Of a DNA stretch of 64,000 nucleotides, positions 52,915 through 64,000 are shown in pieces. The stretch's first letter is position 1. Each line of letters starts with the position of its first letter. Both the position numbers and the translations under genes were made by a program. The notes under the pieces were generated by a model. It saw nothing but the letters and a program-made list of their open reading frames with translations. It did not search any database and was not told the origin of the DNA. Location: the NCBI GenBank assembly GCA_051294375.1, contig CM119264.1, forward strand, positions 12,340,263 through 12,404,262. The letters are read 5' to 3'. Origin of the DNA: Paraspadella gotoi. Taxonomy: Eukaryota > Animalia > Chaetognatha.

Positions 52915-53564
52915 TCTCTCTTCGCGGGTCAAAGAAATCGTGTGAATCACACTCGTGAGTCGTGAGGCAGACAAAGAGACCTTTTCAAGGTGAAATTGAG
53001 GTAGGGGGGTCGGGAGTCGGGGTAGGTGACGACGGTGGTGCAGGGAAAGTCAAGGCAATGTGAGCTGAGGAGATTAAGGTGGGATATAACTTGTAAAGTG
53101 TGGAATTTATGTACGGAAAAGGAAAAGCGGTGTGAGAAATGTTTGAATAAGGCTTTGTTTGTGGGGGAAACGAAGAGGAAGTTTGGGGATTTTGGATAAA
53201 ACTTATATCCACAAAGTCTATAATAATTTCTATTTACTCATGTTATAATGTTTAATCACATTTCAGCTTTTCACGCATTAGCTATCCTCAAGCTAGACAG
53301 TCACTAGTACTACATTAAAGAGACTTGAGTAGTATAATCTGTTTAATGTTATTCTTTTTATCGATTTGTTTCTTCAACGTCGACTTTTAAGTTTGTATAA
53401 TATTATATATATTATATATATTATATATATATAAATGACGGGAATAGGAACTGAGACTCAGGAACTAAAAACAAAAAGTAACGACAAAAACGACGAAGAT
53501 GGCGCTATCAGCAAAAATTCAGTTTATAAAGAAGAAACACGAGTTGTGTTTACGAGAATTAAAA

Positions 53565-53596
<32 letters not shown>

Positions 53597-54838
53597 AAAG
53601 AGAAAGAGAAAGAGAGAGAGAAAGAGAAAGAGAGAGAGAGTAGAAAATGGCGCTGATGGCTTTTAAGAAGCAATTTGTGTCTTTCGTCTACAACACGCCT
53701 AATTAAAATTAAAAAAACGCAAAAACTTTTAAATTTATAAATTTTGAGGAAAATGAAAAAAATCTCAATGTTTTATATACAAAGAAAAGAATTTCTTTTT
53801 GTCATAATTTCCTCGTTTTCTAAATTCTATAAGAAAGCAATTCTTTCTAATACTCACGCGTCTTTATTTACTCATTCTAACCCTAAAAAAAGCCTTAAAA
53901 ATGAATTAACCAAAACTCGATCATTTCTATTTTTCATTTTACCTTTTCTATATTTTTACATAGCTACATTTTAAGATTATGTTATTATTTTTAAATGATT
54001 GGATCTCCAAGACGAACGGACATCAGCCACCATTATTATTATTCGCCTTTTATCCCTTCCTCTATTTTATTGCATTGTTTCCATAGAGAAGGACATAAGC
54101 GTTATATGGGTCGAGAAGAGGTAAGGATGTGATTTGCATTCAAAAGCCCTTGGAATTCCTAAATCGGCAGCGCAGCGGTTGTCGGTGCTGCGAATCATAA
54201 ATCGGCAGCGCAGCGTCCCACGCAGACTGCTTAAGTTCTCCTTTTAGAGTATATATAGACGAATGAGATGACAAATGCAGAATAAATTATACAGATGAAG
54301 CGGAAGGGGCAATTTAAAAAAAAAATTAAAAAAAAATAATATTATGTATTGGGTTATATTACCCCCCTAAAAAAAAAAACCGCGCAGATATCAGAGTTAC
54401 TACGACCAAAGGTTTCTCATGAAGGTGAGTATGACGTTGATGTATCACTTTCACACATTCTCTGCAGCATTCATTGCTCTCGTCTCTCTTCCTCTCGTCT
54501 CTCTCTTCTCTCTCCTCTCTCCTCTCTCTCTCTCCTCTCAATTCCCTGCTTCTTACTCTGTCTCACTTCTCTCTTCTTAGACTCTCTACCTTCTCATTAT
54601 TGTCGACACTGATGAACTGAACTGAAACTGAACATCTCAGTATTTTTATTCTATCTACAAAAAAAACAAAAAAAAAAAACGATAAAATGAAAATTATCAA
54701 TAAAAAGTTGTTGAAGGAAGGGTGAGGACAGCCAAAAAGTCAATAGCAAAAAGTACATTAAATTACATTAGATGAACATGCGTTTTAGACGCCCTCGCTT
54801 TACACGTTGTTCCTCAATTGTTTCTAGAACAAGTCTTT

Positions 54839-54887
<49 letters not shown>

Positions 54888-54903
54888 CTCTCTTTCTCTC
54901 TCT

Positions 54904-54935
<32 letters not shown>

Positions 54936-57900
54936 GCTTTCTCATCGTTCGTCTCCTCTCTCTCATCTTTTCCTCCTCATCTCTCTCCTCGCCCCTCCTC
55001 TCTTCTCTCCCCCTCCTCAGCTCCCGCGTCCTCCTCCTCTCTCCTCGAGCGCGACCTGCTCTCCGCCTCGTGTAACATCTGTCTTCGGCATCCTCCGCAT
55101 CTCTCTCTCTCTCGTCTCCGGCAACTGCGTTTTTACACATTTTCATTGATTTTGTCAAATGTCCCTTTTATATCTTTACTCAGACATTTTTCGATGATGT
55201 TGCAGTCAAGGCGATTTCTGGGCCAACCTTCGAGCACCTTGTCCGTTTTTTATCTCGCCAGAACTGGTTAAAATAAGGTGAAGGGTGAGATGAAGGATTC
55301 GGCTATGCTTCTTTGTGACCGTAAGTGAATCAGTACGTTGTTGTCGTCGGTTGTCGACGTCGTCTCCTTCTAAACGGTCTTGAATTGCGGGAAACTTTTT
55401 TAGATCATCGTCCTTGGCTCTCCACGGACATGCAAGGCTAGCCTGCTTCTAACAGCTTCTTCAAAGTCTCGCAAGTTGCTATCGAATTTGTTAACACACT
55501 CTGCAGATGCTTGTAAGAAAGAAAATAAAATGTTTGGCGATCTATAATCTGTGACAAAGCGCCGCCTTTCATACCTCACAATTGCAGCTTTCTTGTTTGG
55601 GGTTTAGCAGTTTGAAGTGTTTCCATGGTTAAAAAAAAAATGGATAAAAATTAACGTTTTGGCAAAAGAAAAGAACAAAACAAAAACGAAAACACAAATT
55701 TTAAACTTTTTTTATATTTAAGCACAGCTGTCTATAATATATTAGTCTACAAACAATCGTCTGATGGGGTCGAATTGAAAGAGTATTTCAATTGTTGCTT
55801 TCACAATGGAAACTAAAATTTCAAATAAATGAGGACGAACAGACAAGCGAGATAGAAAGGCGGGTTAAAGTTTTAAACTTAATTTTGACCAGACTGTACT
55901 TGTTCAAATAAAATTTTTGCAAAAAAGTCTGCAACAGGAAAACGGCCGAGAAAACCTTTTTAATCAATATTTATATAACTATATATTGAAGTCGCAATAA
56001 GCACTTTTTGGTTGTATTGGTTATTTTCTATAAGAATTTAATAAAAATCGACTAAAAAATTTATAGTCCAAAGTCAGTTTGTCAATAAAAGAGATATTTT
56101 TTTTTTTTTCTATGTCATATGTCTATGTTACTTTTTAGGTAGTAAAATATTGTTTTCTGTTTTTTGTTAAGCATTTAAAAGTAGCATTTACTCTTTAACA
56201 AGTTCTCAATTTGTTATTCTGAGTCGAAATCGTTCGAAAGTTTTGTTTCAAATGAGAACGACATATTTCTGTCAAGCTCGATATTCTTTGTGTCCATAAA
56301 AACAAAATCTGCTTTGCCTACAATAAATTGTGGAGAATACACTGTTTCGAAGTTTCTCCGTTTTTTACCAAGTAGAATTTTTTTTATTTGTCGTCCATCG
56401 GCACATCCGCCGCGACTCGATGACTGGGCGTTGATCCACAATTCAACAAACGGACGAGTAAATTTTTTGAAATACGAATTCGAGAAGTTGTTCCAGGCTA
56501 CAACAACACAACAAACAACACAGCATGTACTTTCAACAATTCTAACTATTTTTGTTTTAAAACGAAGAAACGAGTGAAGATCGTTATAATTTTTCTCTCT
56601 TAAGTTTTGCTGGCTGATTGTTTTTAACCCGTAACAGTAATATCAAATTTTAGGCCTCAACATATCGGATAGATGATCACGGTATACCGATGTTATTTAT
56701 CTTTGAAACGGGTCTTCGAATGGAACCAGGGTCGAGGGTTAGTTCAGGCCCCCAGGCCGGAGTTAAGGCCGTCCGCACTTAATTCCACAGGTTTGGGATT
56801 GAAACCCGGTACTTGGTTTCATGACTGATTGCTTTACTCAATGAGCATCGGTCACACCTGCTTGCTTATCAGACGGGGTAAACTTAGGCAATGCCACAAC
56901 AACAGGTACCGTCCTAATCCAAAAATGAATTTTAATTTTTTTTTTCAGATTGGTTACTGAGCCGTTCACTTTTTGAGGCAATGCAGGATATTTCGCCAAG
57001 TTGGACGGTAAGTTGATCTTTTTTAAGCATACATATTGATAATAGTATAGCAATGATTTAATAATTAAAGATAGATAATAGACTAGGCTAGATTAGATTA
57101 TAGAGTTGTGACAAATGAAATAATAGAGACTTTCGTTTCTAAAGAAACAAAAGTATAAATTAAAGTAGTTATTGTCCTACTTATTTCAGAATCTGGGCAG
57201 TGTACAACCTCTTATGCTAAAACTTCTGTAAGTACGGAGCTGTTACGAGGCTAGGGATTCGCCCCCTGCTCAGGTTCAATCTTAAGGATGAGGAGGAAGA
57301 GAGAGGTACCAATGAGCTAGTCTTCTGCCCTGCTCAGCAAACCTAAAGGATAGAAGGAACGAGAGAAGGTTCCTCAGTCTATGTCCGTCTCTCCGGGGTC
57401 AAAGAAATCGTGTGAATCACACTCGTGAGTCGTGAGGCAGACAAAGAGACCTTTTCAAGGTGAAAATTGAGGTAGGGGGGTCGGGAGTCGGGGTAGGTGA
57501 CGACGGTTGGTGCAGGGAAAAGTCAGGCAATGTGAGCTGAGGAGATTAAGGTGGGTATTAACTTGTAAAGTGTGGAATTTATGTACGGAAAAGGAAAAGC
57601 GGTGTGAGAAATGTTGAATAAGGCTTTGTTTGTGGGGGAAACGAAGAGGAAGTTTGGGGATTTTGGATAAAACTTATATCCACAAAGTCTATTAATAATT
57701 TCTATTTACTCATGTTTAATGTTTAATCACATTTCAGCTTTTCACGCATTAGCTAATCCTCAAGCTAGACAGTCACTAGTACGTACATTTAGAGACTTGA
57801 GTAGTATAATCTGTTTAATGTTATTCTTTTTATCGATTTGTTCTTCAACGTCGACTTTTAAGTTTGTATAATATTATATATATTATATATATTATATATA

Positions 57901-58038
57901 TATAAATGACGGGAATAGGAACTGAGACTCAGGAACTAAAACAAAAAGTAACGACAAAAACGACGAAGATGGCGCTATCAGCAAAAATTCAGTTTATAAA
58001 AAAGAAGAAACACGAGTTGTGTTTACGAGAATTAAAAA

Positions 58039-58077
<39 letters not shown>

Positions 58078-58931
58078 AGAGAAAGAGAGAGAGAGAAAGA
58101 GAAAGAGAGAGAGAGTAGAAAATGGCGCTGATGGCTTTTAAGAAGCAATTTGTGTCTTTCGTCTACAACCGCTAATTAAAATTAAAAAAACGCAAAAACT
58201 TTTAAATTTATAAATTTTGAGGAAAATGAAAAAAATCTCAATGTTTTATATACAAAGAAAGAATTTTTTTGTCATAATTTCTCGTTTTCTAATTCTATAA
58301 GAAAGCAATTCTTTCTAATACTCACGTCTTTATTTACTCATTCTAACCCTAAAAAAAGCCTTAAAAATGAATTAACCAAAACTCGATCATTTCTATTTTT
58401 CATTTTACCTTTTCTATATTTTTTACATAGCTACATTTTAAGATTATGTTATTTTTTAAATGATTGGATCTCCAAGACGAACGGACATCAGCCACCATTA
58501 TTATTATTTCGCTCTTTATCCCTTCCTTCTATTTTATTGCATTGTTTCCCATAGAGAAGGACATAAGGTTTATGGGTCGAGAAGAGGTAAGGATGTGATT
58601 TGCATTCAAAAGCCTTGGAATTCCTAAATCGGCAGCGCAGCGGTTGTCGGTGCTGCGAATCATAAATCGGCAGCGCAGCGTCCCACGCAGCTGCTTAAGT
58701 TCTCCTTTTAGAGTATATATAGACGAATGAGTGACAAATGCAGAATAAATTATACAGATGAAGCGGAAGGGGCAATTTAAAAAAAAAATTAAAAAAAAAT
58801 AATATTATGTATTGGGTTATATTACCCCCCTAAAAAAAAAGAACCGCGCAGATATCAGAGTTACTACGACCAAAGGTTTCTCATGAAGGTGAGTATGACG
58901 TTGATGTATCACTTTCACACATTCTCGCATT

Positions 58932-58981
<50 letters not shown>

Positions 58982-59247
58982 CGGTTAAATTCGATTCACC
59001 TTCTCTTTTTCGCCATGAACTGAACTGAACTGAACATCTCAGTATTTTTATTCTATCTACAAAAAGAAACAAAAACAAAAAAAAAAAACGATTAAATGAA
59101 AATTATCAATAAAAAGTTGTTGAAGGAAGGTGAGGACAGCCAAAAAGTCAATAGCAAAAAGTACATTAAATTACATTAGATGAACATGCGTTTTAGACGC
59201 CCTCGCTTTACACGTTGTTCCTACAATTGTTTCTAGAACAAGTCTTT

Positions 59248-59296
<49 letters not shown>

Positions 59297-61600
59297 CTCT
59301 CTTTCTCTCTCTTCTCTCTCTCTCTCTCTCTCATCTCTTTCTCTCGCTTTCTCTCGTCTCGTCTCCTCTCCTCTCTCTTTCTCTCCTCATCTTCTCTCCT
59401 CGGCCTCTCTCTTCTCTCTCTCCTCTCAGCCTCGTCTTCCTCTCACTCCTCGTCGCGCCATGCTCTCTGCCTCTCGTACTCTCTCTTTCGGCATCTCCGC
59501 GATCCTCTCTCTTCTCGTCTCTCCGGCAAATGCGTTTTTACACAAATTTTCATTGATTTTGTCAAATGTCCCTTTTAATCTTTACTCAGACATTTTCGAT
59601 GATGTTGCAGTCAGGCGAGTTTCTGGGCCAACCTTCGAGCACCTTGTTCCCGTTTTTTATCTCGCCAGATGGGTTAAATAAGGTGAAGGGTGAGATGAAG
59701 GATCGGCTATGCTTCTTTGTGACCGTAGTGATCGTCGTTGTTGTCGTCGTTGTCGACGTCGTCTCGCTTCTAACGGTCTTGAATTGCGGGACTTTTTAGA
59801 TCATCGTCCTTGCTCTCCACGGACATGCAAGGCTACCTGCTTCTAACAGCTTATTCAAAGTCTCCAGTTGCTTCGAATTTGTTAACAACTCTGCAGATGG
59901 CTGTAAGAAAGAAATAAAACTGTTTGGCGATCTTATATCTTGACAAACCCGCCTTTCAAACCTCAACAATTGCAGCTTTCTTTTTGGGGTTTAGCAGTTT
60001 TGAAGTTTCCATGGTTAAAAAAAAAAATGGATAAAAATTAACTTTTGCAAAGAAAACAACAAAAAAAACACAAAATTTTTAAACTTTTTTTATTTTAGCA
60101 CAGCTTCTATAATATTTAGTCTAAAAACATCGTCATGGGCTCGAATGAAAGATATTCATCTTGGCTTTCAAATGAACCAAAATTTCAATTAATAGGACGA
60201 CAGACAAGCGAGATAGAAGGGGGTTCAAAGTTTAAACTTATTTTGACCAGATCTGTACTTTCTAAATAAATTTTTGCAAAAAAGTGTCAAGGAAAACCCG
60301 AGAAAACCTTTTTAATATATTTATATAACTTTATATTGAAGTCATAAAGCACTTTTTGTTTATTGGTTTATTTTCTATAAGAATTTATAAAAATCGATAA
60401 AAAAATTTATAGTCCAAAGTCAGTTGTCAATAGAATAGAATATTTTTTTTTCTTTCTATGTCATATGTCTATGTTACTTTTTTAGGTAGTAAAATATTGT
60501 TTTTGTTTTGTTAGCATTTAAAAGTAGCTTTACTCTCGCTTTACAAGTCTCAATTGTTGTCTGAGTCGAATCGTTCGAAAGTTGTTTCAATGAAACATAT
60601 TTTGTCAAGCTCTGGATATTCTTTGTTGTCATAAAAACAAAATCTCTTTCCTACAATAATTGTGAGAATAACTGTTTCGAAGTTTCTCCGTTTTTTACCA
60701 AGTAGAATTTTTTTTAATTTTGTCGTCCATCGCACTCGCCCGACTGATGACTGGGCGTTGATCCACAATTCACAACACGGACGAGTAAATTTTGAATCGA
60801 ATTCGAGAGTTGTCCAGGGCTACAACAACAACAACAACAACAACCAGTAGCTTTCAACAATTCAACTATTTTGTTTTAAACGAAGAAACATGAAGATCGT
60901 TATAATTTTTCTCTTAAGTTTCCTGGCGCTGATTGTTTCCTTACCGATAACAAGTAATCAAAATTTTAGGCCTCACATCATCGGATAATGATACGGTTAC
61001 GATTTATTTATCTTTGGAACGGGTCCTTGGAATGGAACCAGGGTCGAGGGTTATTCAGGCCCCCAAGGCGGATTAAGGCCGTCCGCACTTATTCCACAGG
61101 TTGGGATTGAAACCCGGTACCTTGTGTTCATGAGCTGATTGCTTTACTCAATGAGCCATCGGGTCACCACTGCTTATAGGCGGGGTAAACTTAGGCAATG
61201 CACAACAACAGGTACCTCCTATCAAAAATGAATTTTAATTTTTTTTTTCAGATGGTTACGCCGTTCACTTTTTGAGGCAATGCAGATATTTCGCCAAGTT
61301 GGACGGTAAGTTGATCTTTTTTAGCATACATATAAATTATACAATGATTAATATTAAAGATAGATAATAGATAGGCTAGATAGATTATAGATTTGAAAAT
61401 GAATAATGAAGACTTTCTGTTTTGAAAAAACAAAAGTTATAAATTAAAGTAGTTATTGTCCTACTTTATTTCAGAATCTGGGCAGTCGTATCAACCTCTT
61501 ATGCTAAAACTCTGTAAGTACGAGCTGTTACGAGGCTAGGGATCTCGCCCCTGCTCAGCAACTTAAGGATAGGAAGGAAGAGAGAGGTACCTGAGCTAGT
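52915..61600 (+). repeat. ~4.4-kb tandem duplication (52915-57385 / 57386-61600)
   Basis: GGGTCAAAGAAATCGTGTGAATCACACTCGTGAG starts both copies. The first copy breaks off inside the LTR at ~57380, and differences are mostly indels. Confidence 0.9.
59560..59900 (-). pseudogene. Decayed, internally deleted Tc1/mariner transposase fragment; duplicate at 55160-55510
   Basis: Minus-strand translation gives NKVLEGWPRNSPDCNIIENV*VKIKRDI, matching the Tc1 catalytic motif WPxNSPDLNPIENVW. Upstream ICRVVNKFEATGDFE resembles the HTH segment preceding the GRPR linker. Stops and frameshifts are present. Confidence 0.8.
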
Positions 61601-62441
61601 CTTCTCGCCCCTGCTCAGCAACCTAAGGATAGGAAGGAAGAGAGAGGTTCCTCAGCTTGTCTCCTCGCCCCTGCTCCGCAACCTGAGGTTAGGAAGGAAG
61701 AGAGAGGTACCTGAGCTAGTCTGCTCGCCCCTGCTCACCTACCTGAGGTTAGGAAGGAAGCGATAGGTACCTGAGCAAGTTTTCTCGTCACTCCTCTGCT
61801 ATGTCAGCTATCTCAGCTGGTCTTGCTGGGGCGCAGTTGTTCTTCTTTCTTCTTGGGAGGCCGCTGAACTGCCCCCAGAAGCCTTGTTACACTCCTTTTT
61901 ATAGAAGCATAGTCAGCATAGATCATCTAATGAGAAGTTGGCGGGAAAACAGAAGAACCAATGACAAGCTTGCACACCTCAGCAAGAGAGAGAGGAGGAA
62001 AGAGAGATCTCAGATATCACAGCCCTCAGCCAATAGGAGAGAGAGGAGAGCTGAGGGTCCTCAAGGGGTACTCAGGTTCCTTAGCCTTGCACCAATGAGA
62101 TGCTCTATTTTATGTAGATGAGGAGGAAGGGTAGGCTAGGTTTTTCTATAAAAAGGAGTGTAACAAGGCTTCTGGGGGCAGTTCAGCGGCCTCCCAAGAA
62201 GAAAGAAGAACAACTGCGCCCCAGCAAGACCAGCGGACCTCAGGACTCAGGATCATAGAGGAACTATGCCCAAATCTCCCTGGATAGGAAATCCTTTGCC
62301 TGGCAACGGCCCTCACTGTTGGAAATAAAGGATGCTAATAAACTACAAATAAAACTCTAATAAAACGTTTTTCCTGATAGGAAAAAGTAGCTACTGGGTA
62401 GTTGTAGGATTGATCTTTTTTGCGGCCCGAAATCCGCAACA
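61526..62441 (+). mobile_element. Solo LTR (916 bp) of an LTR retrotransposon (Gypsy or BEL/Pao type); truncated duplicate at 57241-57380
   Basis: Termini TGTTACG...CGCAACA, with an exact 5-bp TSD CGAGC at 61521-61525 and 62442-62446. It contains CCAAT boxes (~61958, 62030, 62092), TATAAAAA at ~62146 and AATAAA at ~62324-62365. Confidence 0.88.
61545..61790 (+). repeat. 60-bp tandem repeat (4 copies) in the LTR U3 region
   Basis: CTCGCCCCTGCTCAGCAACCTAAGGATAGGAAGGAAGAGAGAGGTACCTGAGCTAGTCTT recurs with exact 60-nt period. Confidence 0.92.
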
Positions 62442-64000
62442 CGAGCGTTTTAATTTTTTAAACTAAATAAAACTTTAAAAATCATACCAGAAAGTTGGAA
62501 ACGGTTATCAAGTTTCTGAAGTTAATTTCATAAAACATACGTAATTGAAATTAATTTTTTTTCCTAAGGTAAAACGAAATGGTTCTGCGCTTATGTTCAA
62601 TTACGAGGAGAAAAGAAAACGGTGAAAAACCAAATCTTTTCAATTAAAAATAGAACAAGAATAATCAATTGATAATTTTATATGAAAATAATAATAAATA
62701 CAATGATATTATAATTTATAAGTATGACTTATTATAAATTTATTTTTCCAATGACTCAGTTCGCGACGACGAGCCTGACTGAGGCGCAGCGGTGGTTGGA
62801 TCGCCACAGAGACTACGTTCCCTACGCGGTGATCCCGATGACGGGGCCTTTTGCCGAAGACCCCGCCGGCTTGCCCCGCGATTGGCCGGGCGGGAAGGCG
62901 AGGTGGTACGACAGGCACGTGAACGTTATGAAGAGGAGGTGTGTTCGCAATGAGAATGTCCCCGGATTTAATTAGTTTTGATCCAACTCTTGGAATCTGC
63001 GTCGTTTTATCGCGAAGATTTTAGTTTTTTTGGGAAACGATCGAATTCTATTAGTATTAGGATAAAAAATAATCTGTAAAAAATATATATTTGTAAAAAA
63101 AAGACAAAAAAAAATCCATTTAATCAGACCTTTATGACGTTATAGCAGTCATAAACCAAAACTTTTAGCACAAGTGACAACGTTTTTCAAACTCTTTTAC
63201 AATTGTGTAAAAACCAACGTAATAATTATAGTTTTTTTGATGCTTTAATTAGTTCCCTCTTGTACTAACATAACTCAGTTTTCGCTGTGGAAATATTTTT
63301 CTGAGTTAAAAATCGAAACCAAAAAAATCATCGTTGTTGTTGTTGTTAGTCTGTCGTCGTTGTTGCCCTCTTCTGCGTTAGCGACCTCATCGAGATTCTC
63401 CGCAGTCGCCTCGACTCACTTCATCCTCATCTTCATTCTTCATTCTCTCTTTTCCTCTTCATTGTTCATTCTCTCCTACATCTTTTCTTCATTCTCTCTT
63501 TTCCTCTTCATTGTTCATTGTTTCCTGCTTCCCTTCCTTTTAAAATCCTTTTCGCCCGATCCTTCGCATTCTCTCCTCTCACCTTAAAAACTCTTCACAA
63601 TCTACGACACTTTTCCTCGCCATGTTCTTTTCTATTCTCACAGCGAAACACAATTTCCAAAATCTCTCCCTCGTCCCATTCACTCACCATCTCCTTCCTT
63701 CTCACACGCTCTCCCCTTCCAATTGCATCTCACCTTCTCTCACCAATTCCTTCCGAATCGCATCTCACACTTTCTTCCCTTAATCCATCTCACTAGCTTT
63801 TCACGCCCTCTTCCCTTTCCCCTCCTCTCTCCCTTCTTACCACCCTCTCCCTCCAAATCGCTTTCATGACCCTCTTCCCCTCCCTGTCCTTCAACCTCTC
63901 CCCCCTACGTTTTTCCGCTTTCATGAATTTTAAGAAAGCCCCTCGCTTCGGCACTTGTGTCGGCGGCGTCGTCGGCCCCGATCTTTTCGTTTTTTCTCTG

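Noticed and set aside
61090-61167. Functional tRNA-Met gene
   Set aside because: The cloverleaf is imperfect and continues into a shared repeat body with diverged copies, so it is better explained as a SINE head.
61817-62234. DIRS-type inverted terminal repeats
   Set aside because: The inverted pair is internal to an element with TG..CA ends and a 5-bp TSD, which DIRS elements do not generate.

Overview
Eukaryotic, very likely invertebrate-animal, genomic scaffold: AT-rich, with short GT-AG introns and dense (GA)n microsatellites. The first ~11 kb holds two spliced genes on the + strand. One is a complete 7-exon RAD23 (UbL-UBA1-STI1/XPC-binding-UBA2, ~414 aa). The other is an unnamed ~11-exon gene for a probably secreted ~570-aa protein with a long low-complexity body, a W-x-x-FLPEN internal repeat and a C-terminal hevein-like chitin-binding domain; its model needs one homopolymer frameshift. 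I find no intact host gene in the remaining ~53 kb. That part is a mosaic of mobile-element relics: a dispersed family of minimal hammerhead-ribozyme motifs of the Penelope-like type, SINE families, HINE/DINE-like ends, a Kolobok-like foldback MITE, a hAT-type insertion seen both filled and empty, a decayed Tc1/mariner transposase, and a solo LTR with a 5-bp TSD and an inverted duplication of its TATA/leader. Roughly 14 kb consists of second copies, mostly next to N-gaps and with raw-long-read-like indel noise, so these are most likely haplotype or gap-filling artefacts. All calls were made by eye with no database searches.
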